Assembly (NCBI GenBank): GCA_963779905.1
Contig: CAWAAF010000009.1
Location: 32,953 to 96,952, forward strand
From: an uncultured Chloroflexia bacterium
GTDB lineage: Bacteria > Chloroflexota > Limnocylindria > Limnocylindrales > CSP1-4
Length of the DNA stretch: 64,000 nucleotides
Direction of reading: 5' to 3'
Shown here: positions 43,903 through 56,261 of the stretch, in pieces
How positions within the stretch are numbered: position 1 is the stretch's first letter
Layout of the letters: every line of letters begins with the position of its first letter
Made by a program: the position numbers and the translations under genes
Notes under the pieces: generated by a model
Database searches by the model: none
Seen by the model: the letters and a program-made list of their open reading frames with translations, nothing else
What the model was told of the DNA's origin: nothing

Positions 43903-44612
43903 ACCCGCGCACCGTATCGGTCGTCATCCCGGCACACAATGAGGCCCCGACGATTGCGCAGGTTGTCAAGGAATGCGCGGCCAACACGCCCGACCTATCC
44001 GAAGTGATCGTGGTCGATGATGGCTCTTCCGACAGCACCTCCGCGGCCGCGGCGGCGGCAGGGGCCAGGGTCCTCCGCCTCGACCGTAACCGTGGCAAGG
44101 GGGTCGCGCTGCAGCGCGGGATCGCGCTCGCCCGCGGCGACATCCTCGTCTTCATCGACGCCGACGGGCAGGACGATCCGAGCGAGATCCCGGTAATGCT
44201 TTCTGCCTTCGAGCCGGATGTGGACCTCGTCCTTGGTTCACGTTTCCTGGGTGGCTTTCAGGCCGGCGCAATTACTCGGCTCAATTACGCAGGGACAAAG
44301 TTCATTACCGGCACCGTCAATGTTCTTTTCGGGACGCATATCACCGACCCGCTGGCCGGCTTCAGGGCCGTGCGCTCGAGCGTTTTCGATCGCGTCCAGA
44401 TCGAGGCGCGCGGCTACGACATCGAGGTCGACCTGCTGCTGCGCGTGCTCAACTCCGGCGGCAGAGTCGTCGAGGTGCCCGCTCAGCGCTCAGCGCGCTC
44501 GTACGGCAGCAGCGGCTTATCGAGCGTTTTCGACGGGCTGCTCATCCTCAAGCGCATCGTTCAGATCAGGTTCCTCGGCCCTCGCGTCCCGAGCACGGCG
44601 AGCCCTCGCTAG
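43890..44612 (+). CDS. Glycosyltransferase family 2 (DPM1-like)
   Basis: VVIPAHNE, VVDDGSSD, NRGKG, IDADGQ, LVLGSRF. Confidence 0.92.
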   Translation: MDGLNPRTVSVVIPAHNEAPTIAQVVKECAANTPDLSEVIVVDDGSSDSTSAAAAAAGARVLRLDRNRGKGVALQRGIALARGDILVFIDADGQDDPSEIPVMLSAFEPDVDLVLGSRFLGGFQAGAITRLNYAGTKFITGTVNVLFGTHITDPLAGFRAVRSSVFDRVQIEARGYDIEVDLLLRVLNSGGRVVEVPAQRSARSYGSSGLSSVFDGLLILKRIVQIRFLGPRVPSTASPR

Positions 44613-44651
44613 ACTCGGCTCCGGCTCGGTACTGTCCGCCGCCCGCCCACC

Positions 44652-47099
44652 CTACTTGTAGCGGCGTCCGCCCCTGCCGCGGCTTCTCTGTGACGGCCGC
44701 TCGCCGGTGCGCTTCACGACGTTGGGCGTGACGCGCGTGTCCCATGTTGGTCGGTCGAGCCAGCGGGCCATCCAGCCGGCGTCGTCGCCTTCGTGTTCGT
44801 CGCGGATACCGGGCAGCCAGTCGGCGGCCGTGCCCAGATCGGCCTCGGTCTCGACCAGGCCGTCGCCGGCCGGCTCCTCGCCTGCCTCGAGCACTGTGAC
44901 GGACGTGACCTCCAGCCCTGGCACCTCGCCCGACTGAACCGCGCGCCGGCCGCGCCGGAGCCCTGACTTCAAGGCGGCCTGACGCTCGGAAGGTTTCGCC
45001 GTCGGCGCCGACGACGCGGGAGCTGCTGCGCCGGCCCGATCCGCCGCGCCGGCCCTCTCCGCCGCACGCGCCACGATGACGCTCTGGTCCTGCTCAAGCA
45101 CGCGCAGCCGGATGTCGCGGATCTCGTCGCGCATCGCCGCCGCTCGCTCGAAGTCGAGCTCGCGCGCCGCCGCTCGCATATCCGTCTCGAGCTGCGCCAC
45201 GAGCTTGGCCACCTCCGCCTGCGACATGTCACTCAACTGGCGCTGCGGCTCGGCGTACACGCCCGCGGCCTCGGCCACCGCGCGCAGGCGGTCGTTGATG
45301 TCACGGATGCCCTTGATGATGGTCTGCGGCACGATGCCGTGCTCGGCGTTGTACTTCTCCTGGATCACGCGCCGGCGCGACGTCTCCTCGATCGCCACCT
45401 GCATCGACTCGGTCATGTTGTCGGCGTACATGACCACCTCACCCTGCACGTTGCGCGCTGCCCGCCCCATGACCTGGATGAGCGACCACGCCGACCGCAG
45501 GAAGCCCTCCTTGTCGGCGTCGAGGATGGCGACCAGTGTGACCTCGGGCAGGTCGATGCCCTCGCGTAGCAGGTTGATGCCGACCAGCACGTCGTAAACG
45601 CCCATGCGCAGGTCGCGCAGGATTTGCACCCGCTCGAGCGTGTCCACCTCCGAGTGCAGGTACGAGACCTTGACGCCCATCTCGTGCAGGTAGTCGGCCA
45701 GGTCCTCGGCCATCTTCTTGGTCAGTGTCGTCACGAGCACCCGTTCGCCGCGCTCGACGCGCTCGCGGATGCGGTCGATCAGGTCGTCAATCTGGCCTTC
45801 GGTGGGCTGGATCGTGACCTCTGGGTCGGTGATGCCGGTGGGTCGGACTAGCTGCTCGACGACCCGACTAGAACGTTGGAGCTCGTATGGCCCGGGTGTC
45901 GCCGACATGAACACGACCTGGTTGAGGTGGCCCTCGAACTCGTCGAAGGTCAGCGGCCGGTTATCCAGCGCCGACGGCAAGCGGAAGCCGAAGTCGACCA
46001 GGATCTCCTTGCGCGTGCGGTCGTTCTTGTACATGCCCACGACCTGCGGCACGGTCACGTGCGACTCGTCGACGACCAGCAGCCAGTCGGGCGGGAAGTA
46101 GTCGAGCAGCGTCCACGGGCGCGAGCCGGCTTCGCGGCCGGCAAGGTGGCGCGAGTAGTTCTCGATGCCGGAGCAGAAGCCCAGCTCGCGCATCATCTCG
46201 AGGTCGAAGGTCGTGCGCTGACGCAGCCGTTCCGCCTCGAGCTCCTTACCGTCGCCGCGCAGCTTCTCGACCCACTCCTCCATCTCCTTCTCGATACCGA
46301 CGATGGCGACTTTCATCTTCTCGGCCGGCGTCACGTAGTGCGAGGCGGGATAGACGTTGAGCTCATTCCGCTCCGCCAGTAGCTCACCGGTCAGCGGATC
46401 GACCTCCGTCACCCGCTCCACTTCATCGCCAAAGAACTGGACGCGCACCACGAAGTCGTCGTATGCCGGTTGGAGCTCGAGAGTGTCGCCACGGACGCGG
46501 AAGCGAGCCCGCGACAGAGCAGCATCGTTGCGCTGGTACTGCAGATCGACCAGCTGGCGCAGCACGCCGTCCCGTCGGTAGCGGCCACCGACCCTCAACC
46601 GAACAACCGTCGCGCCATAGTCGACAGGTGCGCCGAGGCCGTAGATGCACGAGACCGACGCGACAATGATCGTGTCGCGCCGCTCGAAGAGTGCCCGCGT
46701 CGCCGCGTGACGGAGCTTGTCTATCTCGTCGTTGCGCGACGAATCCTTTTCGATGTACGTGTCCGACCGCGGCAGGTACGCCTCGGGCTGGTAGTAGTCG
46801 AAGTACGAGACGAAGTACTCGACGGCGTTGTCCGGAAAGAACTCGCGGAACTCTGAGTAGAGCTGCGCCGCCAGCGTCTTGTTGTGGCACAGCACCAGGG
46901 TCGGGCGCTGATACTTGGCAATGACGTTGGCGATGGTGTAGCTCTTGCCGGAGCCGGTCACACCCAGGAGCGTCTGGAACTGGTTGCCCTTGCCCAGCGA
47001 CTCCATGAGCTTGTCGATCGCCTGCGGCTGGTCGCCCGTCGGCTGGAAGGGTGCTTCCAGCCTGAACTCGCCGCGGCGAGTCACATCCTGTACTGCCAC
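44652..47099 (-). CDS. uvrB: Excinuclease ABC subunit B
   Basis: [57 protein letters not shown]. Confidence 0.98.
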   Translation of the reverse strand: MAVQDVTRRGEFRLEAPFQPTGDQPQAIDKLMESLGKGNQFQTLLGVTGSGKSYTIANVIAKYQRPTLVLCHNKTLAAQLYSEFREFFPDNAVEYFVSYFDYYQPEAYLPRSDTYIEKDSSRNDEIDKLRHAATRALFERRDTIIVASVSCIYGLGAPVDYGATVVRLRVGGRYRRDGVLRQLVDLQYQRNDAALSRARFRVRGDTLELQPAYDDFVVRVQFFGDEVERVTEVDPLTGELLAERNELNVYPASHYVTPAEKMKVAIVGIEKEMEEWVEKLRGDGKELEAERLRQRTTFDLEMMRELGFCSGIENYSRHLAGREAGSRPWTLLDYFPPDWLLVVDESHVTVPQVVGMYKNDRTRKEILVDFGFRLPSALDNRPLTFDEFEGHLNQVVFMSATPGPYELQRSSRVVEQLVRPTGITDPEVTIQPTEGQIDDLIDRIRERVERGERVLVTTLTKKMAEDLADYLHEMGVKVSYLHSEVDTLERVQILRDLRMGVYDVLVGINLLREGIDLPEVTLVAILDADKEGFLRSAWSLIQVMGRAARNVQGEVVMYADNMTESMQVAIEETSRRRVIQEKYNAEHGIVPQTIIKGIRDINDRLRAVAEAAGVYAEPQRQLSDMSQAEVAKLVAQLETDMRAAARELDFERAAAMRDEIRDIRLRVLEQDQSVIVARAAERAGAADRAGAAAPASSAPTAKPSERQAALKSGLRRGRRAVQSGEVPGLEVTSVTVLEAGEEPAGDGLVETEADLGTAADWLPGIRDEHEGDDAGWMARWLDRPTWDTRVTPNVVKRTGERPSQRSRGRGGRRYK

Positions 47100-47160
47100 G
47101 CACGAATCCTACCGCCGGCAGCCCCAAAAACCTGACAGGTATAAAGCTGACAAGAATCGA

Positions 47161-47190
47161 ACTGGCCGGCGGGTTAGCGCGCCGGCCAGT
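47161..47190 (-). terminator. Stem-loop after cpaB
   Basis: ACTGGCCGGCG...CGCCGGCCAGT 11-bp inverted repeat followed by a T-containing tract on the - strand. Confidence 0.55.
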
Positions 47191-47221
47191 CGGTTGTTCC
47201 CCCCGGATCCCCCGGTAGTGA

Positions 47222-48187
47222 TTACGGAGTGGCTGAAGGTGCTGGCGGTGTTGGTACGGGCGTGGCGCCTGGGGCGGGTGTCGCACCCGGCGCGGGCGAG
47301 ACGACCGGCGTATTCACGCCACCGTCCTGCGGCGGCCGGTAGGTCGTCGACTGGCCACCCAGCAACTGGGTCAGGTCGATCAGCTGCGGCACCGGGTAGA
47401 GGTAGGTCATGACGAGGCGGTCGGTGGTGACGCCGTAATCGCTCGTATTGGCGATGCGCGTGTCCGAGTCGGGGCGCAGCGCGAGGCTGAACGAGTCGGG
47501 CGCTTCTTGCACGATCTGGTAGATCTGCTCGGCCTGGTGCAGGTCGACCTTGAGGACGTACATCGAAGCGTCGGGATCGGCCTTCAGGACTTCGACGTCC
47601 TGGTACGTGATCTTGGTCGACTTGCCGCTCGACAGGCCGTTCTTGTCGGCCGTGTCGACTAGCTGGTAGTTGCCGTCGGGGTCGACTTGCATGACCTTGA
47701 TGTCGACGCTGACGAAGAGGTCGACGTGCTCGCCGGCCTTGATCTGGCCACCGACTGCGCGCTCTGCCGGCACCTGCAGGGCGACCGCTCGCCAATACGG
47801 CGTGTCGGTGGTCACCTGTGTGTCGGGCCCGAGGATGCTGAAGTCGGAGTTGGCGTCGTCGCTGGCGAAGAGGTTGGGGGTCATCTGCTGGTCGGTGTAG
47901 ATCGAAACGGCGGTTACCCGTCCGATAACCAGGCCAGCTTCGGTGTAGGCCTCGCTCAGGACCTCGTCGACCGGTACCTGGCGGATCGTGACGTCTTCGA
48001 CAGCGAGGGTAGTGCGGGCCGGCACGTCGTGGGCGGCGACCAGAACGGGTCGCTTGGCCACTTCGGGCGCAGCCTGCTGGCCGCCGGAAGCGAGAGTGAA
48101 GGCGCCGAGACCGGCCACCGCGGCGACCGCGAGGCCAACGGTGACGAAAACCATCCTCCGTCGACGGGTCGGGTCCTTGAACTCCAT
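47222..48187 (-). CDS. cpaB: Flp pilus assembly protein CpaB/RcpC (SAF domain)
   Basis: TM, VLVAAHDVPARTTL (SAF), RAVALQV...AVGGQIKAGEHVDL, QDVEVL, LALR. Confidence 0.85.
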   Translation of the reverse strand: MEFKDPTRRRRMVFVTVGLAVAAVAGLGAFTLASGGQQAAPEVAKRPVLVAAHDVPARTTLAVEDVTIRQVPVDEVLSEAYTEAGLVIGRVTAVSIYTDQQMTPNLFASDDANSDFSILGPDTQVTTDTPYWRAVALQVPAERAVGGQIKAGEHVDLFVSVDIKVMQVDPDGNYQLVDTADKNGLSSGKSTKITYQDVEVLKADPDASMYVLKVDLHQAEQIYQIVQEAPDSFSLALRPDSDTRIANTSDYGVTTDRLVMTYLYPVPQLIDLTQLLGGQSTTYRPPQDGGVNTPVVSPAPGATPAPGATPVPTPPAPSATP

Positions 48188-48330
48188 TTCCACGGCAGCA
48201 CGCTCCTAGGTCTGATTTGTCGTTTGTTGAACCGTAGGCACCGATGCACCACCCAAGAAGGGGTCATGCCGTCGGGCCCGCGCAGTACCAAGTGGCTATC
48301 CGGCGGGTCCGCGCTCAGCGAAACGCGGGC

Positions 48331-49482
48331 TCACTTCACCAGCTGGACGCCGAAGATCGACTCCTCGCTGCACGTCGGGTCGGTGCCATCGCATGGCTGG
48401 TAGAGGCCAACTGGGCCCTGCATGACGTAGCGTACGAACCAACCCTTCAGACACGAGGTCATGCCGTTGCCACCACTGGTGGGCTGACCGGGAGCGCTGT
48501 TGCATTCGGTCTTGTTGTTGCCGGAGATGTAGGCGTGGTCGAGCAGGAACTCGGCGAAGCGTGGGATGTGGTACCAGAGGTTGGTGCCGCTGCCGGGGTC
48601 GGTGCAGTCGGCCGGCAGACCCGTCGACGGCACGTCGCGGCAGGTCGCGTCGAACATCGGCACGAGCATGATCTTGCCGTCCCACGTGTCGTTCATCTCG
48701 TCGTCGACGTTGTTGACGTTGCCGGTGCTGCTCTTCAGCCAGACCGGGATGTCGAAACCCTGGTTGCACGGGTTCTCGATCTGGTCGGCGAGGTTGCCGC
48801 CGCAGCCCATGTCCAGCCAACCAACACCGCCGGGTCCGTTCTTGCACAGCGGCACGATCGATTCGTAGTTGCCGGTGTGCTGGTCGGCGATGGCGGTGTC
48901 GTGACCGACGATTGGCCAGTCGACGCCCACACGTAGCGGGCGGCCGGAACCATCGCAGGTGGTGATCGGGATCGAGTAGGTGACCGGCACGGCGCCACAA
49001 CCGTCGGCAGCGGCGCACAGCCCGCGCAGGGCGCCTGCCAATGCGTTGGCCGACGCGTTGGCCGTCCACGAGTGGATGCCTACCGCACCGGCCAACAGCG
49101 TACTGAAGGTGCGCCGGCCATTGGCCTGAACGCCCCACGCGTTCACTGGGATCGAGCCGCCGCGGCCGACCGTGCCGACGACATTCTTGTCGAAGTCGGT
49201 GTAGTACGAAGTCTGCATAGTCGTCGCGTTCTGCGTGAACGCACTCGTCATCGCGCTGAGGACGTCGCTGTCGACGTTCGTCTGGCCACCCATCTTCTGG
49301 GCCATCACGAGGACGCCGGCGAGGGCGGCCGCGTCGCTCGCATTCTGCGTGCCGCGCTGCTCGCTCATGCCGTTTCCACCATCGATGACGATGGCTGCGC
49401 CACCCAGCACCACGGCCATCGAGAGCACCATGAGAACCATCGCCTGACCGTGCTGTGACGGGCGGCGATGAGCGGGGTTCAT
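48331..49482 (-). CDS. TadG-like (Tad domain) minor pilin
   Basis: GQAMVLMVL...IDGG...QNASDAAALAG; Cys-rich C-terminal domain. Confidence 0.8.
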   Translation of the reverse strand: MNPAHRRPSQHGQAMVLMVLSMAVVLGGAAIVIDGGNGMSEQRGTQNASDAAALAGVLVMAQKMGGQTNVDSDVLSAMTSAFTQNATTMQTSYYTDFDKNVVGTVGRGGSIPVNAWGVQANGRRTFSTLLAGAVGIHSWTANASANALAGALRGLCAAADGCGAVPVTYSIPITTCDGSGRPLRVGVDWPIVGHDTAIADQHTGNYESIVPLCKNGPGGVGWLDMGCGGNLADQIENPCNQGFDIPVWLKSSTGNVNNVDDEMNDTWDGKIMLVPMFDATCRDVPSTGLPADCTDPGSGTNLWYHIPRFAEFLLDHAYISGNNKTECNSAPGQPTSGGNGMTSCLKGWFVRYVMQGPVGLYQPCDGTDPTCSEESIFGVQLVK

Positions 49483-49499
49483 GCTGAGGTTCTCCTTGC

Positions 49500-49999
49500 T
49501 CATGTGCAGGTCGTGGTGGTGGCGTCGCGTGCAGGGCACACGTACTCGATGGCGACGATGCTGGTCGAGGTGACCGGAATCGAGCTGAAGATCGCGCTCA
49601 GGAACGGCGTGAACGGGTGGTAGGTGGTGCTGACCACCACGATTGCCAGGCAACCAACCATGCGGTCCGCTTGCGGGCAGGCGTCATCGCTCGGCCTGTC
49701 GCAGTTGCGCTCAGCCGTGTCCTGCGTCTTGAAGCAGACGGTCACGTTGCTCGTGGTGAGGCCCAGCGTCGGCGCGGCGGCAATGCCGGCAAGCGTACGT
49801 CTGTCACGTTCTGGTCGACCATGGCCGTGCGAGCGGCGGCGCGCGAAGCCTGCGAGACGGTGTTGAACGTATAGATGCCACGCCCGAAGTCGAGGATGCC
49901 GGCGATGAGCAGGACGATCAGCGGGGCGGCCAGGGCGAACTCAACGAGGCCCTGACCGCTCGATCGACGGCGGTTACCGTGGCGCCGGAGGAGGTTCAG
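49500..49999 (-). CDS. TadE-like pseudopilin (frameshift ~49800)
   Basis: - strand RSSGQGLVEFALAAPLIVLLIAGILDFGRG...SQASRAAAR; C-terminus YHPFTPFL. Confidence 0.8.
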
Positions 50000-51133
50000 G
50001 GCCCGACCTGGATGATGGCGCCGGAGCAGCCGCCGGGCGGATTGACCAGGCCACCGGCCAGCGACTGGTAGCCGATCTTGTAGTTGCCGTTACCGTTCAG
50101 GGCGAACAGGTTGACGTAGTTGAAGCCGGCGGCCGTCCATACGCTCACTGCGCTGTTCTTGCGCACGCCGGCGAAGGCCGGCACTTTGCAGGCGACGAGC
50201 ACATAGTTCGTCCTCGTCTTGCTGTTCGCGCTGTCCATCGTCAGCGAGACGTTGTACGTCGAGCTGCGAGAAGTAGGAGTGGAAGACACTGGACGCGCAG
50301 CTGGACGACGTTCCGCCATCGCCGAAGTTCCACACGCAGTTCGTACCGCTGGCCCCGGTCGTCAGGTTGTAGAACCGAACAGTCAAAGTTGGCGCGCCAA
50401 CGACCTGGGCGCCGGAGCTGCCACCGCCCGAAGAGTCCGCGCTGGTGGGATCGCCGTAGAAGTCGACCACGACCGGCGTCGGTGTTGGCGTCGGCGCAGG
50501 CGTGATCGTGGGCGTCGCGTCCGGGTCGGGCGTCGGCGTGACGCTCGGGACCGGCGTCGCGGTCGGTACCGGAGTTGGACTGGAAAACAATGTTGCCGTC
50601 GGCGAAGGGGACGGAACATTCCCGCCGATTGCCACACCGTTGACGCTGCCGGCCCGGATCTTGAACGAGGCAGACACGCCGAGCGTGACGTTGCCGCGCC
50701 CGTCACCGATCAGGTTCGAAATGAGCGGCGTGATCAGCCGGAAGCTGCAGGTCAGGCTGACCGTCACGGTCGAGCCCAGGTCGTATTGGGTCGAGCCGGC
50801 CGTCGTGAACGCCGGCGCCGGCAGCGTGCCCGGCAGCGTGCAGTCGATCTTGGTGGCGTCGGCGCGCATGAGCGTCGAGTAGTAGGCCTTCTTGGACATG
50901 TCGCCCAGGCCCTGCCAGGCGACCGGGTTGGACGCCGCATAATTGGCCCCGACGCGAGCGACGTTGTTCAGGTTGACCAGGCCGAAATACGCCCGACCCA
51001 GGTCGACGGTCATCAGCAGCAGGAGCACTGCCACCGGCGCGAGCAGCGCAAACTCAACCAGGCTCTGGCCGGGGCTCTTCTCACGGCGCGCCGCTCCGTC
51101 GCCTCTCCTGGTCAGCAGTCGAAGTCGTGTCAT
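49996..51133 (-). CDS. TadE-like pilin with PT linker, PKD and PASTA-like domains (frameshift ~50265)
   Basis: GQSLVEFALLAP...DLGR; FRLITPLI; WNFGDG; CKVPAFAG...AGF...IGYQS. Confidence 0.8.
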
Positions 51134-51295
51134 CTTGCTCCAGCGCCTTGGCGCAGCGCCCACGGCGAGGGTTGGCCGGGTCTCGCACGCTGCAGTCAAG
51201 CGATCTGGGCAGGCCGAAGCCACGTCTCGATGGTCTGGTGCGTGTGGGTAGGAAGTCCGGTGCCGTTGCGCAACGTTGAGTTGTGCGTCGGAGCG

Positions 51296-51924
51296 TCAGC
51301 GCTCGGAAATCACCTTCGCCAGGGCCTGCTGGACGGCCTGCCGAACCTCTTCGAGCGAGCCCTCCGTGGGCAGCACGCGGCGGCGGACGGTGCGCGGCAG
51401 CAACACATCAAGGCGGCCAACCAGGTCGTCGCCCTGGGCTGCAACGCGCCGGTCGGCGTCGGCGGCGTCCATGCCGCGGCCACGCAGGCGCTTTCGCTGC
51501 ACGGCCGGCGGGCAGTCGATCAGCCAGACTTCGTCGCACTGCTGGGCGAGACCGCCTTCGACCAGCTTGATTGCCTCGATGACGACGAAAGGCGCCTTAG
51601 TTTCCTTGGCCCTCGCCAGAAGGGCCTCGACACGGCGCCGTACGGCGGGATGAGTGATCGCCTCCAGATCGCGCAGCGCTGCTTCGTTGTTGAACACGAT
51701 CTCCGCCAGCGCAGCTCGGTCCAGGCTGCCGTCGGCGTGGAAGACGGTGTCGCCAAAGCGCTGCCTTATCGCGGGCAGTGTTGGCTCGCCCGGCGCGGTC
51801 ACCTCGCGCGCCAGCTCGTCCGCGTCGATGACCGTTCCGCCCAGCCCGGCAAGCATCTGGCCAACGGTGGACTTGCCACAACCGATCGGTCCGGTCAGCC
51901 CGATGAGCGGCGGGCCGATTGCCG

Positions 51925-51928
<4 letters not shown>
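51296..51928 (-). CDS. coaE: Dephospho-CoA kinase
   Basis: IGLTGPIGCGKST, IDADELAR, LDRAALAEIVF, LEAITHPAV. Confidence 0.95.
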
Positions 51929-53926
<1,998 letters not shown>

Positions 53927-53977
53927 CACGTGCGAAATCTTTGCAGGTCGTGCCCGGCGCCGCGCGGCGCCGGACAC

Positions 53978-55002
53978 TCAGGCTTCAGGGCCCGGTCTGG
54001 ACGTTGATGTCCTTGACCATCTTCGTGCCGGCCGAAGTCCCGTCGGTCTTCCACAGTTCGTTGCCATGAGGGCGTCAGCGTCAGGGCCGAGCGGGACGAG
54101 TGGCTGATTCGGCGCGCAGCAGGCGACCCGCAGCGGCCCGATCGACGCAGGCAGGCGCTGGCACCACGAGCAGTAGTGGGTGCCGCGGGCGTTGACGGTG
54201 ATGCGCTTGATGGGCCGGCCGCAGCGCGGGCACGGCTTGCCGGTTCGACCGTAGACATTGAGGTAGTTCTGCATGTCGCCCTTGCCCTCGGGCGCCAGGT
54301 AGTCGTCGACCGACGAACCGCGCCGCTCGATCGCCTCGCCAGGATCGTGCGCAGCTCGCGATAGAGGCGTCGCGACTGATCGGCATTCACGCCGGCCGCG
54401 CTGCGCAGCGGGTGAGGCGGGCTCGCCAGAGCGACTCGTCGGCATAGATGTTGCCGACGCCCGCGACGAACGCCTGGTCCATCAGCAGCGTCTTCAGCCG
54501 GCCCTTGCGCTTGGCCAGCCGGCGCCTGAAGTCGGGTGCGCTGAAATCGTCCGCCAGCGGCTCGGGCCCGAACTGGTCGAACAGCTCGCCCACATCGCCG
54601 GCACCCAGGATGCGACCGGTCTCGCCCTTGCGGTAGAAGCCCAGCCGGCCGAACTTGCGCGTGTCGCGCATGCGCAGCTCGCGGCCGTCGTCGAGCGTGA
54701 ACCTCGCGTGAACGTGCTTGTCACGCGGTTCGTTGGGCGCCACGACGGTCAGCTGGCCGGTCATCTTGACCTGGATGGCGAGCACGGCTTCGGAGTCGTT
54801 GCTGCGGAGAGATCCAGGATTACCCACTTTGCCCGACGCCGACGTCCAGGATGCGGCGACCGCGGATGGCCGGCACGAATTCAGCCGGCGACGGGTGTTT
54901 GATCTGGTTGGGCCAGTCGAACCACGCGTCGACGATGGTCCGGCCGGTCAGCAGCGGGCGCAACTCGCGCGCGATCGTCTCGACTTCCGGCAGCTCGGGC
55001 AT
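53978..55002 (-). CDS. mutM: Formamidopyrimidine-DNA glycosylase (several frameshifts; 3' end uncertain)
   Basis: MPELPEVET, DTRKFG, GPEPL, LLMDQAFVAGVGNIYADE, zinc finger CPRCG...RGTHYCSWCQ. Confidence 0.93.
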
Positions 55003-55052
55003 TGGCGCCGAGTGTATTGCGACGGAGCCTTCTGACACCTAGCGTTGCGCAA

Positions 55053-56261
55053 ATGGCCGGCACACGCGATCCCGCCATCACTGACGTCGAGGCGTGGTTC
55101 GTTGCCCGCGGGGTACCCCACTTCGCGGCTGACGTGTCACCAACACGGTCTGCCCTGCGCCGGGCAGCGCCGGTTCTCGTTGCCTATGTGGCGGTGACTT
55201 CGTTGATGACGGCGAGCTTCGCGTGGTCATTCGAGGTCAACGTGCTGGCGCTCGCCGTGGCCGGCGCCGTCGTCATCGCGGGCTGGGCACTCGTCAACGT
55301 CCTGCGCGGCCGGCACTGGCGGTCGCTGCCCGACCGGGTCGGGCCGGTGGAGGTGGCTGCGTTCCTGCTCATTCCGGCAGTGCCGCCGCTCATCGTTGGC
55401 TTCCAGGTAAGCGACGCCGTTTACGTGGTCATCGAGAGCGCGCTGTTCCTGGCCGCCGTTTACGTCGCCACATCCTTCGGCGTCCTTGGCGCGCTGCGCT
55501 GGGCGTTTGGGCGGGCGCGAGCGCAGATCGGCAGCATTGGCCGGCTGCTGACGCGGGCGCTGCCGTTGCTGATGGTCTTCATCGCCTTCGCGTTCCTGCA
55601 GAGCGACACCTGGCAGGTCATGGCGGCGCTCGATTGGCAGTCGGTCGCCCTCATCATCGCGCTGTTCTTTGGCCTGTCGATCGCGTTTCTCGTTGGCCGT
55701 CTGGTGCCGGAGGTCAAACGACTGGCGTCGATCGACCGTCCATGGCCGGAGGTCCTGGACATAGCGCGCCGCACGGTGGCGAGACCGTTGTGTCAGCCCG
55801 AACTCGATGTTCAGCCGGTCGACGCGCCAATGGCCGGACGCGAGTGGATAAACGTGGGCACCCTGATCATGTTCAGCCAGGGCCTGCAGATCGCATTGGT
55901 AACCCTTGCCGTGCAGGTCGCGCTCATCGTGTTCGGCTTGCTGCTTGTGCCATTGCCGATCCAGCAGCAATGGAGCGCCGAGCCTGTTGCCGCGATGGCG
56001 ATTCTCTCGATCGGCGACTTCACTGTCGCGCTCACAGAGCCGCTCATCGCCGTGTCGCTCATCCTGGGCGCCTTCTCCGGCCTCTACTTCACGATCGCAG
56101 CACTTTCGGACGCCGCTTACCGTGCCGAGTTCTTCAGCGACGCGGACCGCGAACTGGATGACGTTTTCGCCGTACGTGCCGTCTACCGCGCAACCCTCAA
56201 CCGGGCTGCCTCCCCGACCGCGACCATGGACGTGGTCGCCGTGAAGTCCTCCGCGCCGTGA
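55053..56261 (+). CDS. Integral membrane protein of unknown function
   Basis: EAWFVARGVPHF, RALPLLM..F.FL, ~9 TMs, GLYFTI. Confidence 0.7.
   Translation: MAGTRDPAITDVEAWFVARGVPHFAADVSPTRSALRRAAPVLVAYVAVTSLMTASFAWSFEVNVLALAVAGAVVIAGWALVNVLRGRHWRSLPDRVGPVEVAAFLLIPAVPPLIVGFQVSDAVYVVIESALFLAAVYVATSFGVLGALRWAFGRARAQIGSIGRLLTRALPLLMVFIAFAFLQSDTWQVMAALDWQSVALIIALFFGLSIAFLVGRLVPEVKRLASIDRPWPEVLDIARRTVARPLCQPELDVQPVDAPMAGREWINVGTLIMFSQGLQIALVTLAVQVALIVFGLLLVPLPIQQQWSAEPVAAMAILSIGDFTVALTEPLIAVSLILGAFSGLYFTIAALSDAAYRAEFFSDADRELDDVFAVRAVYRATLNRAASPTATMDVVAVKSSAP

Noticed and set aside
47100-47220. LexA/SOS box upstream of uvrB
   Set aside because: No GAAC-N4-GTTC or CTGT-N8-ACAG match found.
48246-48259. 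GCACCACCCAAGAA resembling the 3' half of the repeat end
   Set aside because: Lacks the TGTGC half and an inverted partner ~200 bp away; plausible by chance.
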